DNA of 54,791 bases, taken from the IMG/VR virus record IMGVR_UViG_3300042446_001590, positions 1-54,791 of that record. One strand, given 5' to 3'. This DNA is from a virus (taxonomy: Duplodnaviria > Caudoviricetes). Of the stretch, positions 29,300 through 38,838 are shown piece by piece. Both the position numbers and the translations under genes were made by a program. The first letter of the stretch is position 1; each line of letters starts with the position of its first letter. The notes below the pieces were generated by a model, which was given only the letters and a program-made list of their open reading frames with translations, made no database searches and was not told the origin of the DNA.

Positions 29300-30070
29300 A
29301 TGGAGCGCATATCTGATTACAATAAAAAAATTCAAGTAATTGAAATTTATCCTTGTGTACAAAGCGAAGGCAGTAGACAAGGAAGACCTACAGTAGCTAT
29401 TAGAACAACAGGCTGTACTCACAGATGTTGGTTTGGTGAAGGTGGATGGTGTGATTCTTGGTACACAAGTATTCATCCTGAAAAAGGTAAATTTACATTT
29501 AATGACATCGTTAAAATGTATGATGAAAATCCTCACATTAAAGAAATGATGTTAACAGGTGGTGCACCTACAATGCATCCAGTATTAGTAAACGAATTAA
29601 CACATTTTGCAAATGAAAGAGGTATTCTCATCACTATGGAAACTGAAGGTAGTCACTTTGTTGAGACTGATTTTCCTATCGGTCTCTTATCTATTAGTCC
29701 TAAGTTTAGCAATAGCGTTCCTAGGGTTGGGATTCTTACTCCACTTGGGAAAGAAGTGGATCAAAAGTTTGTGGACCAACATAACAAATACCGTCTTAAC
29801 ATTCCTGAAATTAAAAAAATGATCGAATTTCATTCTGATTATCATTTAAAACCAGTATGGGATGGTACAGAAGAAAACTTAGCTGAAATTGAAGCATTTA
29901 GAGTTGAATTAGGTATCCCTAAAAACAAAACATGGATTATGCCCGCTGGTGATACAGCAGAAGAATTAACTAGAATGTATCCAATTTCAATTGAAATGTG
30001 TACTAGAGAAGGTTATAACTGGACTGGTAGAGATCATATTATAGCTTACGGACAAAAGAGAGGAGTGTAG
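29300..30070 (+). CDS. queE: 7-carboxy-7-deazaguanine synthase QueE (radical SAM)
   Basis: 'VQSEG...G.PTV.IRTTGC...C...WCDS', 'LTGG.P', 'ETEG', 'SISPK'. Confidence 0.92.
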   Translation: MERISDYNKKIQVIEIYPCVQSEGSRQGRPTVAIRTTGCTHRCWFGEGGWCDSWYTSIHPEKGKFTFNDIVKMYDENPHIKEMMLTGGAPTMHPVLVNELTHFANERGILITMETEGSHFVETDFPIGLLSISPKFSNSVPRVGILTPLGKEVDQKFVDQHNKYRLNIPEIKKMIEFHSDYHLKPVWDGTEENLAEIEAFRVELGIPKNKTWIMPAGDTAEELTRMYPISIEMCTREGYNWTGRDHIIAYGQKRGV

Positions 30071-30072
30071 TT

Positions 30073-30582
30073 ATGAGAATACTATTTGGAACATCAGCAT
30101 TAGATACTGCTGTAAAAAAAATAGCCAAACATATTACAGAACAAAAACACCCATCACCACCAGTAATGATCTGTGTTTTAAATGGAGCATTTATGTTCTT
30201 TACTGATTTAGTTAAGGAAATAAAAATGGATTGTGAAATCGATTTTATTAGAGTTAAATCATATGAGGGTAGAGAACAGTATGATATTAAAATACTTAAA
30301 GATATTGAATCAAATATTGATGGTAAAAATATCTACATTATAGATGATATTCTAGATTCAGGCAATACAATGAAGGCGCTTATTAAGCATTTATCTCATA
30401 GACACAAACCACGTTCAATCACACCTATTGTATTGTTTAAACGCTATGATAATGAATGGCCTGTAGCGCATGGTATTGAATTAAAAGATGAAACATGGAT
30501 CCATGGTTATGGATTAGACAATGAAAAAGGTTTAGGAAGAAATCTTCCTTATATACTTGGAGATTTAACAGAAGTTGAGTAA
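30073..30582 (+). CDS. hpt: Hypoxanthine/guanine phosphoribosyltransferase-like protein
   Basis: 'VLNGAFMFFTDL', 'KSY', PRPP loop 'IIDDILDSGNT', 'GYGLD....GRNLP'. Confidence 0.88.
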   Translation: MRILFGTSALDTAVKKIAKHITEQKHPSPPVMICVLNGAFMFFTDLVKEIKMDCEIDFIRVKSYEGREQYDIKILKDIESNIDGKNIYIIDDILDSGNTMKALIKHLSHRHKPRSITPIVLFKRYDNEWPVAHGIELKDETWIHGYGLDNEKGLGRNLPYILGDLTEVE

Positions 30583-30591
30583 ATTTAAATT

Positions 30592-31314
30592 ATGGAAAAT
30601 AAAAGACGTAAAACAGCTGATATTGAAAAATTAGAGACAGCACAAGCAGGTTTTGCAAATGGTATTTCATTGCAATTAAAAGACCTAATTAATAAAGGAC
30701 AACATCGTTCTTTAAATGACAAAGAAAAGAAAAAAATTATTACTAACGCTGAAAAAGCATATGGTAAATTTTTAACTGCATTAGGTGTAGATTGGGAAAA
30801 TGACCCAAACAGTATGGAAACACCTCGTCGTGTATCTAAGGCATATGTAAATGACTTATGGAGAGGTAGATATGAAATACCAACTGAAATTACAGCATTC
30901 CCTAGTGATGGATACAATGGTATTGTTTTAGAACGAGACATTCCAGTAACAAGTATGTGTTCTCATCATCACCAAGCTATCTTAGGTAATGTTCATATTG
31001 CTTATATTCCTGGAGTTGATGGTAAAGTAATTGGTTTAAGTAAATTAAATCGTATTGTAGAACACTTTGGACGTAGAGGTGCAATTCAAGAACAATTAAC
31101 AGTAGCTATTCACAATGCAATTAATGAAATTTGTGAAGGTAATATTGGAGTGATGGTTGTAGTTCATGCAGGTCACCAATGTGTATCTTGCAGAGGCGTT
31201 AAACATCAAGGCGCTAGTATGGTTACTAGTGAAGTATCAGGTGTGTTTGCTGACCACACAAGAACAGCTAAAATTGAAGTATTAGAAATGTTAAAATTAA
31301 AAATATGTTGCTAA
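30592..31314 (+). CDS. folE: GTP cyclohydrolase I
   Basis: 'ETPRRV', 'SMCSHH', 'GLSKLNR', 'IQEQLT', 'HQCVSCRGV'. Confidence 0.95.
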   Translation: MENKRRKTADIEKLETAQAGFANGISLQLKDLINKGQHRSLNDKEKKKIITNAEKAYGKFLTALGVDWENDPNSMETPRRVSKAYVNDLWRGRYEIPTEITAFPSDGYNGIVLERDIPVTSMCSHHHQAILGNVHIAYIPGVDGKVIGLSKLNRIVEHFGRRGAIQEQLTVAIHNAINEICEGNIGVMVVVHAGHQCVSCRGVKHQGASMVTSEVSGVFADHTRTAKIEVLEMLKLKICC

Positions 31315-31802
31315 CAGGACATCAAGTATTCCAGTATATGGAAATGAATGGTACGAATTACCATAAAGTAAATCAAGTAGGTATTGATTTATCAGTTAAA
31401 AAAATCGAAAAAATAATTGGTGGAGTTATGGTGTTTCAAGAAAAAACCGTAGTTAACCCTGAATTATTTACTAATGTTGAACTTACAAACATTGAAGGTA
31501 GAAAAATGTGGCGCTTAGAAAGTGGTACTTATGCACTAACATTTAATGAAGGTGTTAAGATTCCAGCTAACGCTACTGGTTTTATTACATCGCGTTCTTC
31601 AATCTATAGAGGCGGTGCAAAAATTAATTCCCCAATTTGGGACCCAGGATTTGAAACTAGAGAAATGGGTACTACAATGTTTTTAAACGCAGAAACTATA
31701 TTCATCGAAGAAAATGCTCGCGTTTGTCAATTTTACATGATTACCAATCCAATTCCACAAGAATTGTACAACGGTCAATTCCAAGGTAAGACAAATTACT
31801 AG
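31305..31802 (+). CDS. dUTPase / dCTP deaminase superfamily protein
   Basis: 'GIDL', 'RSS.YRGG', 'WDPGF', 'RVCQF', 'YNGQFQG'. Confidence 0.8.
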   Translation: MLLTGHQVFQYMEMNGTNYHKVNQVGIDLSVKKIEKIIGGVMVFQEKTVVNPELFTNVELTNIEGRKMWRLESGTYALTFNEGVKIPANATGFITSRSSIYRGGAKINSPIWDPGFETREMGTTMFLNAETIFIEENARVCQFYMITNPIPQELYNGQFQGKTNY

Positions 31803-31822
31803 TTTTTATTGTTTTAGTTTAT

Positions 31823-31852
31823 AGGGTTCGGGATTCTTCCCGAGCCCTTTTT
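31823..31852 (+). terminator. Intrinsic terminator ending the deazaguanine cluster
   Basis: AGGGTTCGGGA-TTCT-TCCCGAGCCCT followed by TTTT. Confidence 0.85.
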
Positions 31853-31887
31853 GCTATTTTACATATTTATATGTAAATAATCAATAT

Positions 31888-32733
31888 ATGGGTATAATTA
31901 CACGTCAAGTTGGTCCAAACGCCAAAGGCTCTTCGCTAACATATGCGGAGATGGATGATAACTTAATTTATTTAGATGGAAAAGTAACTGGTTCTAGCGG
32001 ATACATGGCTGTATTTAGTGGCTCCAATGCTGTTAGTACAAGTCTTATATATCAAAGCGGAAATAGCATAATGATAAGCCCTGGAGCAAACCCAAATGCT
32101 TTTGTTATATATAATAATGAAAGTGATGCTACACCTTTTAGAGTAAGTACAGATAGTGATTATGTGTATATTGGTGCTGATACTGAATTAATAGGATCAT
32201 TAACTGTATCATCAAACGTAAGTAGCTCAACAGCTAATATTACAACATTAACTACAAATACATTAACAGCAGCTACCGCTTCTGTATTAAATACATTAAC
32301 AGCAGCCACCGCTTCTGTATTAAATACATTAACAGTTACAGGTAGTATTATAAATACAGGTATAGTTAGCTGTAGTATAGCAATAAGTGGTGATACAGGT
32401 GCTAGATCATTTACAGTTAGTTTAACTAAAAATAATGGAACTGCATTAACTAATCAAAGACAAGTAGTTCATTGGTGGACAAGTGGAACCCAATATGGTG
32501 CTGCTAGTGTAATAGCAAACAATACATATACAGTAGTTTCAGGTAGTAATATTGTATCTATTAATTCTGGATCAATAAATCATGCTGTAACAGACACAAA
32601 TGGTAGATTTGCAATAAGATTAACCAATGATAATTCAGCTCCACTAGATAACCCTGTTTATTTTCATGTTGAAGTCCAAGGAGCAGTATGTGTAGTTAAT
32701 AGTACAGTTGACTCAAATCCTAACCCCTCATAA
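31888..32733 (+). CDS. Putative virion fibre/decoration protein
   Basis: N-terminal 'KGSSLTYAEMDDNL' shared with the 32972 protein; S/T-rich; preceded by ATATTTAT. Confidence 0.6.
   Translation: MGIITRQVGPNAKGSSLTYAEMDDNLIYLDGKVTGSSGYMAVFSGSNAVSTSLIYQSGNSIMISPGANPNAFVIYNNESDATPFRVSTDSDYVYIGADTELIGSLTVSSNVSSSTANITTLTTNTLTAATASVLNTLTAATASVLNTLTVTGSIINTGIVSCSIAISGDTGARSFTVSLTKNNGTALTNQRQVVHWWTSGTQYGAASVIANNTYTVVSGSNIVSINSGSINHAVTDTNGRFAIRLTNDNSAPLDNPVYFHVEVQGAVCVVNSTVDSNPNPS
32257..32335 (+). repeat. 33-bp in-frame tandem repeat (about 2.4 copies; NTLTAATASVL)
   Basis: AATACATTAACAGCAGC(T/C)ACCGCTTCTGTATTA twice plus a partial third copy. Confidence 0.9.
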
Positions 32734-32738
32734 TCAAA

Positions 32739-32963
32739 ATGAAACGCTCTAGCTACGGCAGTAAAGCACCAGCGTCTGCATTAAAACAATACATACGCCC
32801 AGCTAACTGGACAGTAAATGGTGTTAATTTTGTTGAAGAAGGAAAATTCACAGGTACGTTTGCAACAGGAACTACTGGGCAAGCAGCATCGTACTATGAA
32901 GTAGTAAATGGTTTAGGGTATTATGATGTAGAAAACAATTCAACCTACTACGGTAACGAATAA
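32739..32963 (+). CDS. Hypothetical protein
   Basis: 74 aa between two fibre-like genes. Confidence 0.55.
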   Translation: MKRSSYGSKAPASALKQYIRPANWTVNGVNFVEEGKFTGTFATGTTGQAASYYEVVNGLGYYDVENNSTYYGNE

Positions 32964-32971
32964 TTATAAAA

Positions 32972-35900
32972 ATGGCATTAGTAAAAAGATTAGTAAAAGG
33001 TTCACCATTAACATTCGCAGAAGGGGATGATAACTTAGTTTATTTAGAGGGATTAGCATTAAATGCTGCTACTACAGGCTCAAATTTATTCTATGGTAAC
33101 CAAATAATTTCAGGATCAGGAATAAATACTATATTACAAATACATGGAGCCAATGCTGAACCTTGGGCTTTTGGAATATATAATGATACTTATAATCCTA
33201 CTCAATCAGTATTAGCGGGTTGGGTAGATATTACTGGTGAAGCAAATATAGGAACAGAGGTTAATAAACCACTTCAAATCTATACAAATGCCAATTACGC
33301 AAACCCTACCTTAATAATATCAAGCTCAGGTGTTACCATTACTAATAAATTAACTGTAAACAGTGGTATTACAGGTTCATTACAAGGAACATCATCATAC
33401 GCTATAAATGCTTTAAGTGCTTCATATGCTACAACAGCATCATACGCAAACAATTTTACAGTAGCTGGCACTTTAACTGCTCAAACACTTATAGTACAAA
33501 CTATAACATCCAGTATAATTTACACTTCTGGGTCTAACCAGTTAGGTGATGCTATAAACGACACTCAATTATTAATAGGTACTACTAGGATAACAGGTAG
33601 TTTACAAGTAACTGGTAGCAGTAGTCTATCAGGATCATTAAATGTATCTAATGGTATTACTGGGTCATTATTTGGAACATCATCGTATGCTTCAAATGCT
33701 TTAACAGCATCATTTGCCTTAAACGCAGTATCAATATCTACAGGATCATTTGCAACTACAGGTTCAAATAATTTTATAGGAAACCAAACTATAACAGGAT
33801 CATTAAGAGTAAGTGGTAGTATTACCGGTTCATTACTAGGAACAGCGTCACTAGCTACAACAGCATCATATATAAGAAATGCCGTATCTGCTTCATACTG
33901 GAGTGGAAGTATTACAAATGCTATTTCAGCATCATACGCCGCAACAGCATCTTTAGCTACAACAGCATCCTACATAAGAACAGCAGCTTCTGCTTCATAT
34001 GTAAATCAATTAGTACAAAAAGTATCTATTAGTGGATCACTACAAAATGGTAATTCTACATTAGCATCAGGAGTATCATCACACGCTGAGGGATCAGACA
34101 CAACAGCATCGGGTGATTATTCACATGCTGAGGGTAATTATACTCTAACAATTGGGTTATGGTCACACGTTGAAGGATTTTATACTACAGCATCGGGTGA
34201 TTACTCTCATGCTGAAGGATTTGGGGCATTAGCTTCAGGATCATATTCACATGCTGAAGGAAATTACACAATATCATCAGGATCATATTCACACGCTGAA
34301 GGAAATACTACTACAGCATTAGGAGACTATTCACACGCTGAAGGTTACAGTACAGAAGCAATAGGAAACCATTCTCACGCTGAAGGAAACAACAATACAA
34401 CTTTAGGAGTATCATCACACGCTGAAGGATCAAACACTGTAACATCAGGATCATATTCACATGCTGAGGGTAATTATACTCTAACAACTGGACGATGGTC
34501 ACATGCTGAGGGTAGCTATGCTACAGCATTAGGAGATTGGTCACATGCTGAAGGATTTGGGGCATTAGCTTCTGGGTCAAATTCACATGCTGAAGGAAAT
34601 TATACTATAGCCTCAGGATCAAACTCACACGCTGAAGGAGACAATACAATAGCATTAGGAGATTCATCTCACGCTGAAGGATACAGTACTAGAGCAACAG
34701 GAAATTATTCTCACGCTGAAGGAAACAATAATACAGCTTTAGGAGACTATTCACACGCTGAAGGATCAAGCACTACAGCTTTAGGAGATTATTCACACGC
34801 TGAAGGATCAAGCACTACAGCTTCTGGGTCACATTCACACGCTGAAGGATTAGGCACTAGAGCATCAGGGTCATATTCACATGCTGAAGGGCAGAGTACT
34901 AGAGCAGTAGGAAATGCATCACACGCTGAAGGATCAAGTGCAATAGCATCAGGAAGTCATTCACATGCTGAAGGACAAGGTGCTATATCTTTAGGACAAT
35001 ATTCACACGCTGAAGGAACTACTACTAGAGCAGTAGGAAATGCATCACACGCTGAAGGAAATTCTACTATGGCTTTAGGGTCAAATTCACATGCTGAAGG
35101 TTATTTTACTACAGCGTCACTAAATTATTCTCATGCTGAAGGAATTCAATCTGTATCATCAGGATCATATTCACATGCTGAAGGAGAAAGTACTATAACT
35201 TTAGGAAATGCATCACACGCTGAAGGAGCTTTTACTACAGCATCCGGAGATTACTCTCATGCTGAAGGATTAAGCTCAACAGCATCCGGTTCAAATTCAC
35301 ATGCTGAGGGTGAATTTACTCTAGCATCAGGAAGTACATCACACTCTGAAGGTTATTATACAACAGCATCAGGTGATTATTCACATGCTGAAGGAGCTAA
35401 TGCTATAGCATCTGGATTATATTCACATGCTGAAGGAAACAATACTAGAGCAACAGGATCACATTCACATGCTGAGGGATCAAATACTAGGGCATCAGGA
35501 ATAGGATCACATGCTGAAGGAGCAAACACAATAGCATCAGGAGATTATTCTCATGCTAGTGGTCAATTTACTATAGCATCTGGATCATACCAAACAGTAT
35601 TAGGTAGATACAATTTAGTAAATACTGCATCTTTATTTATTATAGGTAAAGGAACCAGTTCAGGAGCTAGATCAAATATAATGGATGTTACATCTACTAC
35701 TGTAAGTATTACAGGATCACTAAATGTGAATGGTAGCATTACAGGTTCACTATTAGGAACAGCATCATTGGCTACAACAGCTTCATATTCTTTAAGATCA
35801 AAAGTAAATTATGCACAAGCCGGAGGTGGTGCTCTTATTACTTTAGGTGCTAGTGCATCCCCACAATCAATTATAAGTGCTTCAATAACTACTACAGGTA

Positions 35901-36172
35901 ATCCTGTTAGAGTTGCAGCATATGGTGATGCTGAAAATACAGGTGCTGGTTATTGGGCACAATTACAACTTTATAGAGATGCAACAGCAATAGGTGCCAC
36001 AGTACATACTGAAGGTAGTGCTACCAGTGAAAATTCACCATTTGCTTTCTCTTATATAGATGCACCAGCAGCAGGAACATATACTTATTATTTAACAGCA
36101 AACCAAATCTCTGGAGGGAATATTAAATTTGGAGAAAGCACAGCACCAATAATAAATGTTCAAGAATTATAA
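32972..36172 (+). CDS. Large fibre/adhesin with YadA-head-like 14-aa SHAEG repeats
   Basis: 1066 aa; N-terminal 'KGSPLTFAEGDDNL'; TGS/TASYA-rich shaft; 36 SHAEG-type repeats. Confidence 0.8.
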   Translation: MALVKRLVKGSPLTFAEGDDNLVYLEGLALNAATTGSNLFYGNQIISGSGINTILQIHGANAEPWAFGIYNDTYNPTQSVLAGWVDITGEANIGTEVNKPLQIYTNANYANPTLIISSSGVTITNKLTVNSGITGSLQGTSSYAINALSASYATTASYANNFTVAGTLTAQTLIVQTITSSIIYTSGSNQLGDAINDTQLLIGTTRITGSLQVTGSSSLSGSLNVSNGITGSLFGTSSYASNALTASFALNAVSISTGSFATTGSNNFIGNQTITGSLRVSGSITGSLLGTASLATTASYIRNAVSASYWSGSITNAISASYAATASLATTASYIRTAASASYVNQLVQKVSISGSLQNGNSTLASGVSSHAEGSDTTASGDYSHAEGNYTLTIGLWSHVEGFYTTASGDYSHAEGFGALASGSYSHAEGNYTISSGSYSHAEGNTTTALGDYSHAEGYSTEAIGNHSHAEGNNNTTLGVSSHAEGSNTVTSGSYSHAEGNYTLTTGRWSHAEGSYATALGDWSHAEGFGALASGSNSHAEGNYTIASGSNSHAEGDNTIALGDSSHAEGYSTRATGNYSHAEGNNNTALGDYSHAEGSSTTALGDYSHAEGSSTTASGSHSHAEGLGTRASGSYSHAEGQSTRAVGNASHAEGSSAIASGSHSHAEGQGAISLGQYSHAEGTTTRAVGNASHAEGNSTMALGSNSHAEGYFTTASLNYSHAEGIQSVSSGSYSHAEGESTITLGNASHAEGAFTTASGDYSHAEGLSSTASGSNSHAEGEFTLASGSTSHSEGYYTTASGDYSHAEGANAIASGLYSHAEGNNTRATGSHSHAEGSNTRASGIGSHAEGANTIASGDYSHASGQFTIASGSYQTVLGRYNLVNTASLFIIGKGTSSGARSNIMDVTSTTVSITGSLNVNGSITGSLLGTASLATTASYSLRSKVNYAQAGGGALITLGASASPQSIISASITTTGNPVRVAAYGDAENTGAGYWAQLQLYRDATAIGATVHTEGSATSENSPFAFSYIDAPAAGTYTYYLTANQISGGNIKFGESTAPIINVQEL
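34079..35563 (+). repeat. 36 x 42-bp coding tandem repeat (SHAEG units)
   Basis: TC(A/T)CA(C/T)GCTGA(A/G)GG core at a 42-nt period from 34079 to 35549. Confidence 0.95.
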
Positions 36173-36183
36173 AATAAATTCTA

Positions 36184-36215
36184 TTAGGAAAGTCAAAATT
36201 ATTTTATTATCTTTA
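36184..36215 (+). promoter_or_regulatory. Bacteroidota-type promoter ending 4 nt before the polB ATG
   Basis: TTAG 36184-36187, 20 nt, TATCTTTA 36208-36215. Confidence 0.6.
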
Positions 36216-36219
36216 GGCT

Positions 36220-38802
36220 ATGTATCAATCAGCCTATTACGACAGAACAGATTATTCTTATTATATTAGAGATGATAAAACAGGATGGCATAATTTCAAA
36301 TATACCCCTGAATTATATCAAATCGCTCCAGATGGTGTACTAGAAACACTAGACGGTAAACGTGCTACTCCAATTAAAAAATATAATTGGAAGGATATTT
36401 CATTATATGAACAAGACGTTGATAAATTAACTCGAGTATTAATCGATTTATATAAAGACGATGATAATGGACCAACACATCAAAATGTAGTTTATTTCGA
36501 TATTGAGTGTGAAATTGGTGGAGCATTAACTACAGAATACATCAAATCAGCACCGATGAAAATGACATCGGTTTCAGCTTACGATCAAACAACACAAAAA
36601 TATTATTGTTATATATTAGATGAAAAACAACAACTAGATCCTATCGACAGTGATAATAAAGTAGTTGTTCCATTTAAAACAGAAGCAGAAATGCTAGCCA
36701 AATTCCTAGATCTATGGGAAGAATTAGATCCTACTATCATTACAGGATGGAATAGTGGATTTTTTGACGTACCTTACATGTACTATAGAATGTGTAATGT
36801 ATTAGGCAAAACTGAAGCATCTCGTTTATCCCCTCTACGCAAATTAAATTTCACTGAATGGGATATATCACAGCCTATTGAATTAGGTGGTATTAATCAT
36901 TTAGATTATATGTTATTATTTAAAAAATATATAACTAAACAAGAACCATCATATAAATTAGGTGATGTTGGAGAAAAATATGTAAAATTAGGTAAAGTTG
37001 AGTATGAAGGTAACCTAGATAAATTATTTAGAGACGATATAAACACATTCATTCAATATAACCTAAGGGATGTTGAGATTATTATTGAATTGGAGAAAAA
37101 GCTTAAATTCATTGATTTAACGGTAGCTATCTGTCATTTATGTCATGTACCCTACGAACAAATATACTTATCAACAGTATTAAATGATGGAGCTATATTA
37201 ACATATTTAAAACGTCAAGGTATAGTATCACCTAATAAACCAACTACAATAAATCCATTATTAAAAGACAGTAATAATGATGAATATGCTGGTGGTTATT
37301 TAAAAGATCCAATTCCTGGATTATATGAGTGGGTTATTGACTTAGACTTTACATCACTATATCCTTCTATTATTCGTTCACTTAATATAGGAATTGAAAC
37401 ATTAATAGGTAGAATTGTTAATTCAGACAAATATGACAATCAATGGACATATGCTGAGTTAGTTAATATGGATCCTAATGATTTAATTACTATTGAAAAA
37501 TTAAGACCCGATTTCACATTAGCTAGAAATCAAGTACCTGTAAGGAAAGTAATCAATATGATTGAATCTAATATTTGGGTTACTGCGGCTTCAGGAGCTA
37601 TATTTCAAACAGACAAATCATCTGTAGTATGTGAAGTATTAACAGATTGGTTTAATAAACGTAAGCATTATAAAAAATTAATGTCTCAATCATACAAATC
37701 AGGAGATAAGAATTTAGGTGATCATTACCATCGATTACAACATGCTTATAAAATTAAATTAAATGACGTTTATGGTTGCTATGCTATTAACGGATGGAGA
37801 TATACTGATGGACATAAAATCATTTCATCTGCTATCACATTAACAGGACAACGAGTAACTCAAGAATCCATTAAGTTTGTAAACAAATGGATGAATGATA
37901 AATTAAATACTAAAAATAAAGACTATGTAGTTACTTCAGATACTGACTCATTATTTATCCAGGTTAAGGATCTACTAATAAGTAAAGGTATTGATTTAAA
38001 TAATAAAGAGGAATGCGTTAGAGTAACACTCGAATTAGCAACTGAAATTCAAAAAGCATCTAATGAATATATAGGTAAATTTGCTATGACTGCGTTTAAT
38101 ATTCCTAATAATAGAGAACATTATTTTGAGTTAAAACAAGAGGTAGTTATTGAAAGGGGATATTTTGCTGGTAAACGTCGATATGCTATGGCTATCGTAA
38201 ATAAAGAAGGTGTACCTGTAGAAGAAATGGTAATGATGGGATTGGATCTAATGAAATCAAATATGCCACCACTATATAAAAAGTTTGGACAAAATCTATT
38301 AGTTGAAATAATGGCTGGTAAACCTAAACAAGAAATAGATAAGAGTATTATTGACTTTAAATCATCATTAAACCAATTACCTTGGGCTGATATTGCTAAA
38401 CCTACAGGAGTAAAACAAATTAGTGCTTATGTTGCTAAACGTCCATCGCCTGGTGAGATATTTAGTGAATTAAAATTAAAATGCCCAATCAATACTAGAG
38501 CCGCTGTGTATTATAACGATATCCTTAGATTTAAACGTTTAGATAAAAAATATTCATGTTTTACTGAAGGTGATAAGATGAAGTATGTATCTTTAAAACC
38601 TAATCCATTTGAAATTAACGTAATAGGATTTAATGGTAACGACCCTGAATTTATTACTAGTTTTATAGACAAATATGTTGATAGAGAAGATGCGTTTAAC
38701 TCTGTATTATTAAATAAATTAAAAGGTGTTTATGAAGATATTGGGTGGGGCAATGATTTCCCTGTATTAGATGCAAAAATATCTAGATTCTTTAAATTTT
38801 AA
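36220..38802 (+). CDS. Family B DNA polymerase
   Basis: Exo 'FDIEC', 'GWNS..FD', 'YN..D'; pol 'DFTSLYPSII', 'KIKLN.VYG', 'SDTDS', 'KRRY'. Confidence 0.95.
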   Translation: MYQSAYYDRTDYSYYIRDDKTGWHNFKYTPELYQIAPDGVLETLDGKRATPIKKYNWKDISLYEQDVDKLTRVLIDLYKDDDNGPTHQNVVYFDIECEIGGALTTEYIKSAPMKMTSVSAYDQTTQKYYCYILDEKQQLDPIDSDNKVVVPFKTEAEMLAKFLDLWEELDPTIITGWNSGFFDVPYMYYRMCNVLGKTEASRLSPLRKLNFTEWDISQPIELGGINHLDYMLLFKKYITKQEPSYKLGDVGEKYVKLGKVEYEGNLDKLFRDDINTFIQYNLRDVEIIIELEKKLKFIDLTVAICHLCHVPYEQIYLSTVLNDGAILTYLKRQGIVSPNKPTTINPLLKDSNNDEYAGGYLKDPIPGLYEWVIDLDFTSLYPSIIRSLNIGIETLIGRIVNSDKYDNQWTYAELVNMDPNDLITIEKLRPDFTLARNQVPVRKVINMIESNIWVTAASGAIFQTDKSSVVCEVLTDWFNKRKHYKKLMSQSYKSGDKNLGDHYHRLQHAYKIKLNDVYGCYAINGWRYTDGHKIISSAITLTGQRVTQESIKFVNKWMNDKLNTKNKDYVVTSDTDSLFIQVKDLLISKGIDLNNKEECVRVTLELATEIQKASNEYIGKFAMTAFNIPNNREHYFELKQEVVIERGYFAGKRRYAMAIVNKEGVPVEEMVMMGLDLMKSNMPPLYKKFGQNLLVEIMAGKPKQEIDKSIIDFKSSLNQLPWADIAKPTGVKQISAYVAKRPSPGEIFSELKLKCPINTRAAVYYNDILRFKRLDKKYSCFTEGDKMKYVSLKPNPFEINVIGFNGNDPEFITSFIDKYVDREDAFNSVLLNKLKGVYEDIGWGNDFPVLDAKISRFFKF

Positions 38803-38803
38803 C

Positions 38804-38834
38804 TTTGAAAAGCAAAACAAATTAATTATATTTA
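38804..38834 (+). promoter_or_regulatory. Bacteroidota-type promoter ending 4 nt before the clamp ATG
   Basis: TTTG 38804-38807, 19 nt, TATATTTA 38827-38834. Confidence 0.65.
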
Positions 38835-38838
38835 GCAC

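Noticed and set aside
29607-29822. Alternative-frame + strand ORF inside queE (likewise 47065-47277 inside a GT gene)
   Set aside because: No start context or motif; fully nested in a conserved gene
25394-31314. que/folE genes as host-supporting queuosine or folate metabolic genes
   Set aside because: No queF, queA, queG or other folate genes; linkage to a DpdA-like gene favours DNA modification
34079-35563. CRISPR-like array (short conserved core with variable spacers)
   Set aside because: Period is exactly 42 nt and in frame, the core varies at synonymous positions, and it lies within a 1066-aa ORF: a protein repeat
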